Origin: an uncultured Alphaproteobacteria bacterium
GTDB taxonomy: Bacteria > Pseudomonadota > Alphaproteobacteria > CAVTAV01
Direction of reading: 5' to 3'
Assembly: GCA_963821875.1 (NCBI GenBank)
Contig: CAWGFE010000002.1
Location: 3,014,021 to 3,078,020, forward strand
DNA: 64,000 nucleotides
Each line of letters opens with the position of its first letter. Position 1 is the stretch's first letter. Positions 39,980 through 49,689 of the stretch are shown here, piece after piece. The notes below the pieces were generated by a model that ran no database searches, was not told the origin of the DNA, and was given only the letters and a program-made list of their open reading frames with translations. A program made the position numbers and the translations under genes.

Positions 39980-41575
39980 ATGGAGGCGCGAATGAGAGCT
40001 CTGATCGCATCAGTCTTGGCCCTGACATCGATGGCTTCGCTCGTTCCCACTCGGGCATCGGCAGCCGAACCGGCGCGGCACGCGGTCACCCCTTCGGTGG
40101 TTCCGCTGCCTCGGATTACGGGGCCCATTCCCGTTACAAAGACCTCCTGGCCGTTCAATGCCGCAGATCACTCCGTGACCAAGCGAGATCTGTCGACGGA
40201 AGGCTACGAGGAGGAGGAATACTTTATGCACGGCCAGGCCAATGTCTACGACTGGCCTGCAATCAACAAGCTGGAGAGTTTCGCGCGGGGCCCCTACACC
40301 ACGCGAATCCTGGTCCGCCGCCCAAAGGATCCGTCCAAATTCAGCGGTACGGTGATCGTGGAAGCCCTCAATCCGTCGCTCCGGTACGACGCGCCCATCA
40401 TGTGGATGGAATCTCAGGATTACTTCATTCACCAAGGCGATGTTTATGTCGGCGTAACGGTAAAGCCAGTTGCCGTTAAGTCTCTCAAGCTGTTCGATCC
40501 GGCGCGATACGCGGCCCTCTCCTTCAAGAACCCGCTTCCGCCGTCCGATACATGTCCACAATCGCAATTGCCCGCCGCGCCGGGCGGATTGCCGCCCGAA
40601 TCAAGTCCGGCCACGGAAAACGGCTTGATATGGGATATTCTGAGCCAAACCGGCGCGCTTGTCAGAAGCGGGTCGCGCACAAACCCTCTGCATGATCTGA
40701 AGGTAACGCAAGTCTACCTCACGGGGGATTCTCAGAGCGGCGCCTTTGTTCTCATCTATGCAAACGCGATCCATCCATTCTCCAAGCTCCCTGACGGACA
40801 CCCGGTATACGATGGTTATCTGACATCGTCGGCCGGTGGGCCGGGAGTCCCCGTCAACCAGTGCTCACCGGGCGTTGGGCCCGGCGACGCCCGCCTGGCC
40901 ATGCAGCCCCGTAGTGTCCCTATCATCAAGATCATCAATCAGACTGATCTTGGATATCTGAACCGGCGGCCGGACAGCGACACCTATCCCGATCTCTATC
41001 GCGGATATGAGATCGCGGGTGCCGCCCATGTGCATGACTGGGTTCTCCGCTGGGGTGCCGCGGACGCAGATGTTGCTAAGACCGGCGCGGGCGGTTTCCT
41101 GTCAAACGCTAAGTGCCAGCAACGAAACGAACACGGCAATGAGTTTCCGACCCAATACATTCTGGACGGCGCTTTCGCCAATCTGGAGCGCTGGTCAAGA
41201 GATGGTGTCGCACCGCCGCGAGCTGCACCATTAAAGGTAGATGACATCCAGCATGCCCGAGCGTCTCTGGAACTCGACAAGTTCGGCAACGCGAAGGGGG
41301 GAGTCCGCACGCCTTATGTGGATGTGCCACTGGTCCGCTACGGTGCCTATATGGACGGACCGGGGATTTGCGAATTGTGGGGCTATCAGGTACGCCTGTC
41401 GCCGGAAACCCTCAAAAAGTTATATCCTGATCGGGCAAGCTATGTCTCGAAGGTTACGGCGGCGACCCGCAGGATCCTCATGGAGCACTGGATTACGAAG
41501 CGAGACGCTGGAAAGATCGTGAAGGAGGCCGAAGGCGTTCGGCTACCGCAGATCTGGTCCGGAAGCGGCCACTAG
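39980..41575 (+). CDS. secreted hypothetical protein with a putative alpha/beta-hydrolase domain (paralog 1)
   Basis: Signal peptide, a conserved RYTTRILVRRPKDPSKF block, a candidate nucleophile elbow TGDSQSG, and GNAKGGVRTPYVDVP. 531 aa. Confidence 0.6.
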   Translation: MEARMRALIASVLALTSMASLVPTRASAAEPARHAVTPSVVPLPRITGPIPVTKTSWPFNAADHSVTKRDLSTEGYEEEEYFMHGQANVYDWPAINKLESFARGPYTTRILVRRPKDPSKFSGTVIVEALNPSLRYDAPIMWMESQDYFIHQGDVYVGVTVKPVAVKSLKLFDPARYAALSFKNPLPPSDTCPQSQLPAAPGGLPPESSPATENGLIWDILSQTGALVRSGSRTNPLHDLKVTQVYLTGDSQSGAFVLIYANAIHPFSKLPDGHPVYDGYLTSSAGGPGVPVNQCSPGVGPGDARLAMQPRSVPIIKIINQTDLGYLNRRPDSDTYPDLYRGYEIAGAAHVHDWVLRWGAADADVAKTGAGGFLSNAKCQQRNEHGNEFPTQYILDGAFANLERWSRDGVAPPRAAPLKVDDIQHARASLELDKFGNAKGGVRTPYVDVPLVRYGAYMDGPGICELWGYQVRLSPETLKKLYPDRASYVSKVTAATRRILMEHWITKRDAGKIVKEAEGVRLPQIWSGSGH

Positions 41576-41613
41576 ATCTAAGCAAGCGCAGTCAAAATTT
41601 CGGGGGACGATCA

Positions 41614-43137
41614 ATGCGACGACTACTTGGCTTCTTGCCATTGGCGATCCTTGTGATGTCGGCATCGTCAAACGCTGAACAGCCGTCCCTGCCCGACGTC
41701 CGCGGTCCCATCGCGGAGACGGCCTCGTCGCACGCCTTCCTGTCATCCCGTCGTCTGAAACAGCCGGTCGATCTTTCGAAATACGGTTACGTCGAGAAAG
41801 AATACCTGATCAGCGGGGATGCCCGCGTGTTCGGATGGCCCGTGAAAGACCATCCGCCGGCGCTTGCAACCGGGCGCTACACAACACGGATTCTTGTCAG
41901 ACGCCCCAAGGACGATTCCAAATTCAATGGCACGGCGATCGTGGAGCCGATGAACCCGTCCTCGCCGGTCGATCTTCCGATCATGTGGGCCGAATCCTAT
42001 CGTCAGTTCATGGCCGACGGATACGCATGGATCGGCATTACGATCAAGCCGAATACGATCAAGGCCCTGAAGAAATTCGATCCGGCGCGTTATGGCACTC
42101 TTGGAATGCCACACCCGGCGGGCGGCCCCACCTGCAAGGTCGGCGACATAAATTCCTGGGCGCAACCGACAACCCCGGATGACGAGACCGGCCTGGCCTG
42201 GGATATCATCAGTGAGATCGGCGCTCTGCTGAAGTCGGGATCGGATCGAAATCCGCTAAGCCGAGCGGCAGATCGATTGTATATGACGGGTCAATCCCAA
42301 ACGGCCGGCTATGCGCGGACCTACGCGACGTTCTTTGGCCTTATCGAGAAAGGCCCGGAGGGACACCCGCTATACAACGGCTATCTCTATAGCGGCAGCC
42401 CACCATGGCAGGTTCCGATCAATCAATGCGTAAAGGGCTTTTCTCCTGATGATCCTCGATTGCTCACCGGCCCGGCCGGCGTTCCTGTCATCGAGCTCTT
42501 CACTCAGGGCGACATAGGCTCGAACATAGCGACCCGACGGCCCGACTCCGACGATGCCCCGGATCTGTTCCGTCGCTACGAAGTCGCCGGCGCTGCCCAT
42601 GTCGATCCATGGGAACAAAAATCCTTTGCCTCGGAGCACGACATGCTTCGCGCGAGCGGACAAGCTGACCCGATAGCTAAGGCGAATTGCGAGCCAAAGG
42701 ATGTCACTCCGTCGGACTTCCCGACGCGCTATGTCTTCGACGCTGCCTGGCGCCTTCTCGACGAGTGGGTACGCAAGGGCGTGCCGCCCCCGCACGCGCC
42801 ATCGCTGAAGCTAAAGCCTCGGGCCGCCAGCCATTTTCGCCCGGACCAATCTTTCGTAGTCGACCGGTATGGAAACGCCAAAGGGGGCGTGCGAACGCCT
42901 TATGTGGACGTCCCGACGGCCCGATGGATCGGTGCCAAGACGCCAGCGTTCGAGTGCATGTTCGAGGGATACAAATACGAGTTCGATCGGTCGGCGCTCA
43001 AGAAACTGTATCCAACGCACCACGCGTACGTGATCAAAGTCCGCCGGGATGCAGGTAATCTCGTGAAGCAAAGATGGCTGACGCCAACTGATGCGTCCAC
43101 AATTATCGATGAAGCTAACCGAGCGAATGTCCCATAG
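41614..43137 (+). CDS. secreted hypothetical protein with a putative alpha/beta-hydrolase domain (paralog 2)
   Basis: Colinear with paralog 1 (RYTTRILVRRPKDDSKF, TGQSQTAG, YGNAKGGVRTPYVDVP). 507 aa. Confidence 0.6.
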   Translation: MRRLLGFLPLAILVMSASSNAEQPSLPDVRGPIAETASSHAFLSSRRLKQPVDLSKYGYVEKEYLISGDARVFGWPVKDHPPALATGRYTTRILVRRPKDDSKFNGTAIVEPMNPSSPVDLPIMWAESYRQFMADGYAWIGITIKPNTIKALKKFDPARYGTLGMPHPAGGPTCKVGDINSWAQPTTPDDETGLAWDIISEIGALLKSGSDRNPLSRAADRLYMTGQSQTAGYARTYATFFGLIEKGPEGHPLYNGYLYSGSPPWQVPINQCVKGFSPDDPRLLTGPAGVPVIELFTQGDIGSNIATRRPDSDDAPDLFRRYEVAGAAHVDPWEQKSFASEHDMLRASGQADPIAKANCEPKDVTPSDFPTRYVFDAAWRLLDEWVRKGVPPPHAPSLKLKPRAASHFRPDQSFVVDRYGNAKGGVRTPYVDVPTARWIGAKTPAFECMFEGYKYEFDRSALKKLYPTHHAYVIKVRRDAGNLVKQRWLTPTDASTIIDEANRANVP

Positions 43138-43179
43138 GCGAGCCCGGCTTGGAATTTCTTAGGTGTAAGGGGGAACTCG

Positions 43180-44634
43180 ATGTCTACACTTGCTTTTAGG
43201 TCGGCCACGGAGCTGGCTCGTATGGTTCGCGCGCGCGAGATCGGCTGTGTCGAATTGCTCGACTATTTCGTTGGCCGGATGGAGAGCTACAATCCCGCCG
43301 TCAACGCAATTATCGTGCAGGATCTGGATGCGGCCCGCGGCCGAGCAGTGGCAGCTGATGAAGCGCTCTCCCGAGGGGAAGACGTCGGCCCGCTGTTCGG
43401 CGTTCCAATGACCGTCAAAGAGTCGTTCAACCTTACCGGCGCTCCGACGACGTGGGGCTTCCCGGAATTCAAGGACAACATCGCCACATCCAATGCGGTG
43501 GCCGTCGACCGGTTGCTCGGCGCCGGCGCAAATGTCTTCGGCAAGACGAACGTACCGCCAGGGCTGATGGACGGCCAAAGCAATAACGAGATCTATGGCC
43601 GTACAAACAACCCGTGGGATCTTTCGCGAACGCCGGGCGGGTCTTCCGGCGGGGCAGCGGCCGCGTTGGCATCCGGCATGACCGGCCTCGAGTTCGGCAG
43701 CGACATTGCGTCGTCGATCCGTAATCCGGCCCATTACTGCGGCGTCTTCGGTCATAAGCCGACATGGGGCGTCTGCCCCCAGCGCGGCCATATGCTGGTG
43801 GATACGCATCAACCCACCGACATCGGCGTCGTCGGCCCGCTGGCGCGCAGCGTTTCGGATCTCGAGTTGGCGTTCTCGGTGGTCGCCGGTCCTTCCGAGC
43901 GCGAGGCGCTCGGCTACTCCCTGGCGCTTCGGCCGGCGCGAAAAACGGAACTGAAAGACTTTCGCATTGCTCTGGTGTGCAACGACAGCTTCGCCGAAGT
44001 CGACCAGACCGTCTCGGATCAGCTGACCAAGCTTGGCGACTTCCTCGAAGGCGAAGGCGTACAGGTCTCGCGTGACGATCGCCCTCGGTTCGAAAGCGAG
44101 GAACTCTATATCCTTTATATGATCCTTCTCCGGGCCGCCGCGGCAGGAAGCGTGACGGACGAGGAGTTCTCTCAAAACCTTCAGCATGCAAAAGGAGCAA
44201 GCCGCGCCACGCGGGATATCGCCAAGGCGAATGCCTATGGCGTAACGCTCTCGCATCGCGACTGGCTGCGGCTCGATGAAGAGCGGCACCGATATCGGAT
44301 CAAGTGGATCGAGTTCTTCGAGCGCTTCGACGCGCTGCTCTGCCCCCCACTCTCGACACCGGCGTTTCCTCACAAGACCGGGTCGCCCCAAGGCCGGACG
44401 CTCACCGTTAACGGCAAGGAGGTGCCGTTTGAAAACCAGCTGTTCTGGGCCGGCTATGGCGCTGCATTCTATCTGCCCGCGACCGTCGCCCCGATCGGTC
44501 TCAGTCCTGATGGCCTTCCGATCGGCGTGCAGATCATCGGCAACCAATACGATGATTACACATGCCTCAAGTTTGCCGGGCTTTTGGAAGAAAAGTACCG
44601 CAGATTCGCTCCGCCGCCCGGTTACGGGGACTAG
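43180..44634 (+). CDS. amidase-signature family amidase
   Basis: The GGSSGG Gly/Ser-rich amidase-signature stretch and TNNPWDLSRTPGGSSGGAAA. 484 aa with no signal peptide. Only 42 bp after paralog 2. Confidence 0.9.
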   Translation: MSTLAFRSATELARMVRAREIGCVELLDYFVGRMESYNPAVNAIIVQDLDAARGRAVAADEALSRGEDVGPLFGVPMTVKESFNLTGAPTTWGFPEFKDNIATSNAVAVDRLLGAGANVFGKTNVPPGLMDGQSNNEIYGRTNNPWDLSRTPGGSSGGAAAALASGMTGLEFGSDIASSIRNPAHYCGVFGHKPTWGVCPQRGHMLVDTHQPTDIGVVGPLARSVSDLELAFSVVAGPSEREALGYSLALRPARKTELKDFRIALVCNDSFAEVDQTVSDQLTKLGDFLEGEGVQVSRDDRPRFESEELYILYMILLRAAAAGSVTDEEFSQNLQHAKGASRATRDIAKANAYGVTLSHRDWLRLDEERHRYRIKWIEFFERFDALLCPPLSTPAFPHKTGSPQGRTLTVNGKEVPFENQLFWAGYGAAFYLPATVAPIGLSPDGLPIGVQIIGNQYDDYTCLKFAGLLEEKYRRFAPPPGYGD

Positions 44635-44663
44635 GGTCTGTCATCAATTAGAGATTACAGTGA

Positions 44664-44719
44664 CAGTGCACTTAATTGACGAATGTCATCGACGCCAAGA
44701 TTAAATGCACTGTCACCGT
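44664..44719. repeat. inverted repeat TACAGTGACAGTGCACTTAAT ... ATTAAATGCACTGTCACCGTA
   Basis: Read in the sequence; the arms are ~21 bp with 2 mismatches. A third copy of the motif TGCACTGTCACCGT lies at 11206-11219. Confidence 0.6.
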
Positions 44720-44800
44720 AATCCCTTAGACAAGAATGTGTCGAGGCAATGCCGACCGCATAGTAGTAGCTTGGATAATCAGCTTTTTATGAGGACGTAG

Positions 44801-46432
44801 TTGATGTTGCAGAATTGGAAGCGGTTCGCAACGCTGATAGCAATCGCGGCGTCGGCGGCGAGCGTTGCGACGTTGGTCGCGGCTGACACCGGTGGTGATC
44901 CAACCGTCCGCATCGGCCCTGAGATCATACGCGGTCGACACGACGCGGTGGTGGGCGTCGATCGCTTTCTGGGTATCCCTTATGCTGCTCCTCCCGTTGG
45001 AGCGTTGCGCTGGCGCGAGCCCCAACCGTTGGCACTCAAAGCCGGGACGTTTGACGCGGGCGACTATTCGCCAAGCTGCACCCAGGTTATGAGCCCCGCT
45101 TTCAAGACCATCTTCCCGCACATTCCCCACGAGCGGTACAGTGAGGACTGTCTCTATTTGAACGTGTGGACGCCGGCGGCCAAGCCCCCGAAGCGGATGC
45201 CGGTTATCGTCTGGATTCACGGTGGCGGCTTTATGGCCGGTACTGGCTCCAGTCCGATAAATCAGGGGGCCGACTTGGCCCACAAGGGCGTGGTGGTCGT
45301 GACATTAAATTATCGCCTGGGGCCGCTTGGATTCCTCGTCCTTCCTCAGCTTGCCGCCGAATCGCCTCACCACGTGTCAGGCAATTACGGGATACTCGAT
45401 CAGATCGCCGCACTGAAGTGGGTGCGCGCGCATATCGGCGCGTTCGGCGGCGACCCCGACGATGTCACGATCATCGGCTGGTCGGCCGGCAGTGCCTCGG
45501 TCAACGCCCTTCAGGCCACGCCGCTGGCGCGCGGGTTGTTCCAGCGGGCGATCGGACACAGCGGAGCCGACATGAACCCGGGGGCCGGCATCTGGCCTGT
45601 GCGGACGGTCGCGCAAGCGAACCGGTACGGGCGCGAGTACATGAAACTGTTTGGCGCCAAATCATTGGCAGACCTGCGCGCGATCCCGGCCCAGAAGCTC
45701 GCCGACGCTCCGCCGAAATTCTGGATCCTGGAGAATGACGGTTACGTCTTCCCTGGCGAAATCCATGACATTTTCGCGAGCGGGCGCCAGACCAAGGTGC
45801 CGGTGATGGCGGGCGCGGCCGCCGACGAATCGTCGGTTCTCGGTCCCGATCAGGGCTGGGTCCATCCCCGGACGCCAGCAGAAGCAGCGGAGGCGGCAAG
45901 GCTCTACGGCCCGCCAGATCATCCCAACGGGCACGCCACGGATGATGCCGTTCTTTGGCAGGCGCGAGAATGGGTTCGGTTGAACGCCAAGTCCGGCGTT
46001 AAGAACTCCTACCTGTGGTTCACCACCCTTGCGCCACCAGCGCCACCAAAACCGGACGGCACGCCGATGGGCGCCTATCACGGCTCCGAGTTGGCGTTCG
46101 TGTTTGGAACGCAGCACCTGATAAACCTTCCCTGGACCCCGGCAGAGCATAAGGTGAGCGATACATTATCGGATTATTGGATAAATTTTGCCCGAACCGG
46201 CAATCCGAATGGCCCCGGGCTTCCGAAGTGGCCGGCTTACAGCGGCGACCAGGTCATGGAATTATCTCTTACGCCGCATGCGATCCCGCTTCCCAGAGCC
46301 GAAAGTATTCGCTTCCTAAATGCGCAATTTTCTCGTCAACGAGCCAAGGGCATAAAGGCCGCAGTGCACGCATCTGGCGAAAATTCTTCATCAGAACAAA
46401 TTCACGGAAACGATCCTAACGATCGACAATGA
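44801..46432 (+). CDS. secreted carboxylesterase type B
   Basis: An EDCLYLNVWTP block, an HGGGF oxyanion hole, nucleophile motif GWSAGS, and C-terminal HGSELAFVFG. 543 aa with a signal peptide. Confidence 0.9.
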   Translation: MMLQNWKRFATLIAIAASAASVATLVAADTGGDPTVRIGPEIIRGRHDAVVGVDRFLGIPYAAPPVGALRWREPQPLALKAGTFDAGDYSPSCTQVMSPAFKTIFPHIPHERYSEDCLYLNVWTPAAKPPKRMPVIVWIHGGGFMAGTGSSPINQGADLAHKGVVVVTLNYRLGPLGFLVLPQLAAESPHHVSGNYGILDQIAALKWVRAHIGAFGGDPDDVTIIGWSAGSASVNALQATPLARGLFQRAIGHSGADMNPGAGIWPVRTVAQANRYGREYMKLFGAKSLADLRAIPAQKLADAPPKFWILENDGYVFPGEIHDIFASGRQTKVPVMAGAAADESSVLGPDQGWVHPRTPAEAAEAARLYGPPDHPNGHATDDAVLWQAREWVRLNAKSGVKNSYLWFTTLAPPAPPKPDGTPMGAYHGSELAFVFGTQHLINLPWTPAEHKVSDTLSDYWINFARTGNPNGPGLPKWPAYSGDQVMELSLTPHAIPLPRAESIRFLNAQFSRQRAKGIKAAVHASGENSSSEQIHGNDPNDRQ

Positions 46433-46688
46433 CCCTGTAGACCATCTCGACAGGCAGCACTGCTCTAGATGTTTGGTCCCGGCATTTGACGATGCGAGTT
46501 TAGGTTGAATCGTTCGGGTTCGTTTGTCCAGCATTGACGTGACCACCAACTTTCATCCGGTTGCGATTGGAGTCTTGGCGGCTTTGTTGCGCATGAGCGC
46601 GGACTGAGCAATGGCCTGCGCAGCGGAGCCCGTGGGGCGTAGCGAAGCAGGCCATGTTGTACGCGCTCGCCTGAGCCCAACAAATATT

Positions 46689-47711
46689 CTATTCGCTCGA
46701 CAAGAGAACTCGCGCCCTTTCAAGTGTTGTCGGCTGGGCCGCCACTGCTGAGCGGGCCGCCGCGCGAAGTGCGTCCCGTTGTTCTTCGTTCAGATACTCC
46801 ACTGGAGACTTGCCATCGACGCGCGCCAGAGCGAGCACGGGCAGTAACTTGGCGGCTCGGAACTCCAGATTATCGGCGGGTTCCCAGTCGATCCTGGCGA
46901 AGTAAGCCGACGCAAGCATATTGAAAGCGGTTGTGAGCAATCCTGCCGCACCTTGTACCACACGCGCTTTGATAACGAGGTGGTTGAGGCAAAAGGCAAG
47001 ATCGAAGGCTGGATCGCCGAACCAAGCGCATTCGGCGTCGAGCAACACCGGTCCTTCAGGGCCACGAAGAATGTTCTTGGGGCTCACGTCGCCATGAACG
47101 AGCACTTTGCGCGTGGCGGCCGTAGTGGCCGCGATGCCTTCGATCGTCGCAGCCAAGTCTGGATGGGCGCGAGCAGTCGTTCTTAAATAAGGTTCAATCC
47201 GCAGGGCCTCGAAACCGTCGTTCGTAGCAAAGCCTGCCGGCAGCGTGCAATTGCGCGCGGTCGCCGAATGGATTCGCCCCACCAACGCTCCTACATCGCC
47301 GGCAAAATCGGGATCTACCCGACCGGCCATCAGTTCCGACTTCCATAGTGGGTAGCGATCGGGGGCCAGCCATGCCATCGCAAACAGGCCGCGGGCGGGG
47401 TCATGCACAATCGGCTGCGGCATTGCCCCGGGCGCAATGGCCGAGACGACCTCCATGTAAGCCCATTCCATGGCGTTGCGCCCCACCGGAGCTGTCCAGT
47501 CCGAGGCCACCTTCAGCCGGGCGAGCGCCCGCTTCACACAGAAGGCGCCGGCTTGGGTCTTGACCCTCCAGATGTCGGACGACACGCCGCCGGCGAGCGG
47601 CACCCAGTCTCCCGTCTCGTCGGGCTCGGCCAGCCCGTAATCCCGCAGGAACTCGATGAGGTCTGGCTCGGGCGTGGTCACAGTGGGGCCAGGCCGGATG
47701 CGCCACTCCAA
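46689..47711 (-). CDS. phosphotransferase (APH/ChoK-like kinase) family protein
   Basis: Kinase catalytic loop LVHGDVSPKNIL and a DAECAWFGDPAFDLA block. 340 aa. Its 5' end overlaps the enolase 3' end by 34 nt. Confidence 0.7.
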   Translation of the reverse strand: MEWRIRPGPTVTTPEPDLIEFLRDYGLAEPDETGDWVPLAGGVSSDIWRVKTQAGAFCVKRALARLKVASDWTAPVGRNAMEWAYMEVVSAIAPGAMPQPIVHDPARGLFAMAWLAPDRYPLWKSELMAGRVDPDFAGDVGALVGRIHSATARNCTLPAGFATNDGFEALRIEPYLRTTARAHPDLAATIEGIAATTAATRKVLVHGDVSPKNILRGPEGPVLLDAECAWFGDPAFDLAFCLNHLVIKARVVQGAAGLLTTAFNMLASAYFARIDWEPADNLEFRAAKLLPVLALARVDGKSPVEYLNEEQRDALRAAARSAVAAQPTTLERARVLLSSE

Positions 47712-48958
47712 GGCAGGCCTGCCTCTTCGATGCGGAGGAGTTGGTTGTACTTCGCCTGTCGCTCCGAGTTGCGAACGGAGCCGATCTTGACCTGTCCGCC
47801 AGCGACGCCGACCGCCAGATCTGCGAGGAAATCATCCTCGGTTTCGCCAGATCGCGCCGAAATCACGGTTGCATAGCCCGCAGCCCGCGCCATCCGAATG
47901 GCTGCGAGGGCACCTGATAGTGTGCCATTCTGGTTGACCTTGATAAGTGCACTGTTGGCGATGCCGGTATCGATCGCCCGCTGGATACGGTCCGGTTGTG
48001 TCGCGAACAGATCGTCTCCAACGAGCTGGATCCGAGACAGGCGCCGCGTCATCTCAGGCCAGTGTCCCCAATCCTCCTCATCAAGTCCGTCCTCAATGGA
48101 GATGATGGGATATTTTTCGACCCAACTGGCCTGCATTTCAATCATCTCAGTGGCATTGTAGGTGCGGCCCTGTCGCCGAAACACGTATCCCCCCATTCCG
48201 TCAAACAGCGAGGAGGATGCTATGTCGAGAGCGATCGCCACGTCCTTGCCGGGTTCGAGCCCCGCCTTTTCGAATGCCTCGACCATCAGGTCCAATGCTT
48301 CCTCGGACGTCTCGAAGCCCGGGGAAAGCCCTCCTTCGTCGGCGAGCAACGTCGGCAGACCGCGCACGGCGCATAGTTTCGCGGCCTGGACGCGCACTCT
48401 GCAGATCCAATCAAGCGCCTCCGAATATGAGTTTGCCCCCACCGGAATGGCGAGAAAGTCCTGGACGTCCATTCCACGTCCAGCGTGAAGACCCCCCGAT
48501 AGAATGTTGACCATCGTCAGTGGCATGCTGGGCTCCGTGCCGGCAAGCTCGGCAAAACGCCGCCAGAGGGGTTGCCGCTGCGCGAACGCACTTGCACGCA
48601 CGACCGCCAAGCTGACCGATAGAACCGCATTACCTCCCAACCGGGCGAGATTCGCCGTACCATCCAGCTCCCGCATGGCCGCGTCGATCCCCTGCTGGTC
48701 CATTGAATCGCGACCGAGAAGCAGACGAGTGATCTCGCCCTTAACGTTGGCAATCGCGCTGGAAACGCCACGCCCTTCCCACGCCGTGCCACCGTCTCGC
48801 AACTCGACCGCCTCCGCCTTGCCCGTCGATGCACCCGATGGCGCCGACGCCCGCGCCGTAACGCCGTTGGCCAGTGTTACCTCGGTCTCAACGGTGGGCC
48901 GCCCGCGGCTGTCCAGGATCTGCCTGGCGTAAATCGCGGAAATCCTGGTCGTCATCAC
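47678..48958 (-). CDS. eno: enolase (phosphopyruvate hydratase) paralog
   Basis: Canonical enolase N-terminus ISAIYARQILDSRGRPTVE and other enolase blocks. 426 aa. Confidence 0.9.
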   Translation of the reverse strand: MMTTRISAIYARQILDSRGRPTVETEVTLANGVTARASAPSGASTGKAEAVELRDGGTAWEGRGVSSAIANVKGEITRLLLGRDSMDQQGIDAAMRELDGTANLARLGGNAVLSVSLAVVRASAFAQRQPLWRRFAELAGTEPSMPLTMVNILSGGLHAGRGMDVQDFLAIPVGANSYSEALDWICRVRVQAAKLCAVRGLPTLLADEGGLSPGFETSEEALDLMVEAFEKAGLEPGKDVAIALDIASSSLFDGMGGYVFRRQGRTYNATEMIEMQASWVEKYPIISIEDGLDEEDWGHWPEMTRRLSRIQLVGDDLFATQPDRIQRAIDTGIANSALIKVNQNGTLSGALAAIRMARAAGYATVISARSGETEDDFLADLAVGVAGGQVKIGSVRNSERQAKYNQLLRIEEAGLPWSGASGLAPL

Positions 48959-49602
48959 TACAGGCCTTCCGGATGATTGCGGGGATTTTGCGGGTATTCG
49001 CCGGCGAGCACGCGGACCACTTCCTCCGCTGACCGTCTGCGCAGTTCGGCAAGCGACGCATCGGAGGAAAAGGCCACATGCGGCGTGACGATGACATCGG
49101 GCCGCTCTACAAGTGCGCGCGGCGGAGTGGGCTCGCCCTCGATCACATCTACACCTGCTCCCGAGAGGCGACCGGCTTCCAGCCCGGCAATCAGTGCCTC
49201 ATTGTCAACGAGTGGCCCCCGGCTCACGTTAATGAGGAAGCAGCCCTCTTTGACGTGGGCCAACCGTTTAGCATCGAACAGATGGCGCGTCGCATCGGTC
49301 AGCGGCGCATGCAGGATTATAACGTCGCTGGCCGCCAGCATCTCGTCTAACGGCAACAAACAAGCGGGGCCGCCATCTCGCGCGGAGGGGGAATGCGCGA
49401 GCACCGTGCAGCCAAAAGCGGCAAGCTTGGCGACTGTGGCGCGCCCGATCCGACCGAGCCCTACGACGCCCACGGTCAGGTCGGAGACCCGCCGCAACCG
49501 CGCGGCGGCAGGATTCCAGCGGCCGGCCTTCACCTCCCGATCGAAGAACACGGTATGGACTTGGGTTTGCGACAGCATCGACGGAGGCCGCGACGTTACC
49601 AA
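48958..49602 (-). pseudogene. D-isomer-specific 2-hydroxyacid dehydrogenase, N-terminally truncated
   Basis: Only the NAD-binding/C-terminal part is present (GVVGLGRIGRA, catalytic RGPLVDNEAL, HVAFSS). An in-frame stop lies 5 codons upstream of the TTG 'start', and the MFS gene begins 88 bp away. Its stop forms an ATGA overlap with the enolase start. Confidence 0.55.
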
Positions 49603-49624
49603 CGCGACGACTTTTCACCAAACG

Positions 49625-49640
49625 TTGACAGCGCTGTCCA
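49625..49640. promoter_or_regulatory. LacI-type operator half-palindrome TTGACAGCGCTGTCCA (site 1) in the MFS promoter region
   Basis: Read in the sequence, 50 bp upstream of the MFS start. One mismatch to the perfect palindrome seen at site 2. Confidence 0.6.
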
Positions 49641-49689
49641 TTCCCGTCGAGAATAGCAGGCTTGAACGGTTTGAATCGAGGGGAATGGC

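Noticed and set aside
43159-44547. 462-aa minus-strand ORF
   Set aside because: Antisense shadow of the amidase gene.
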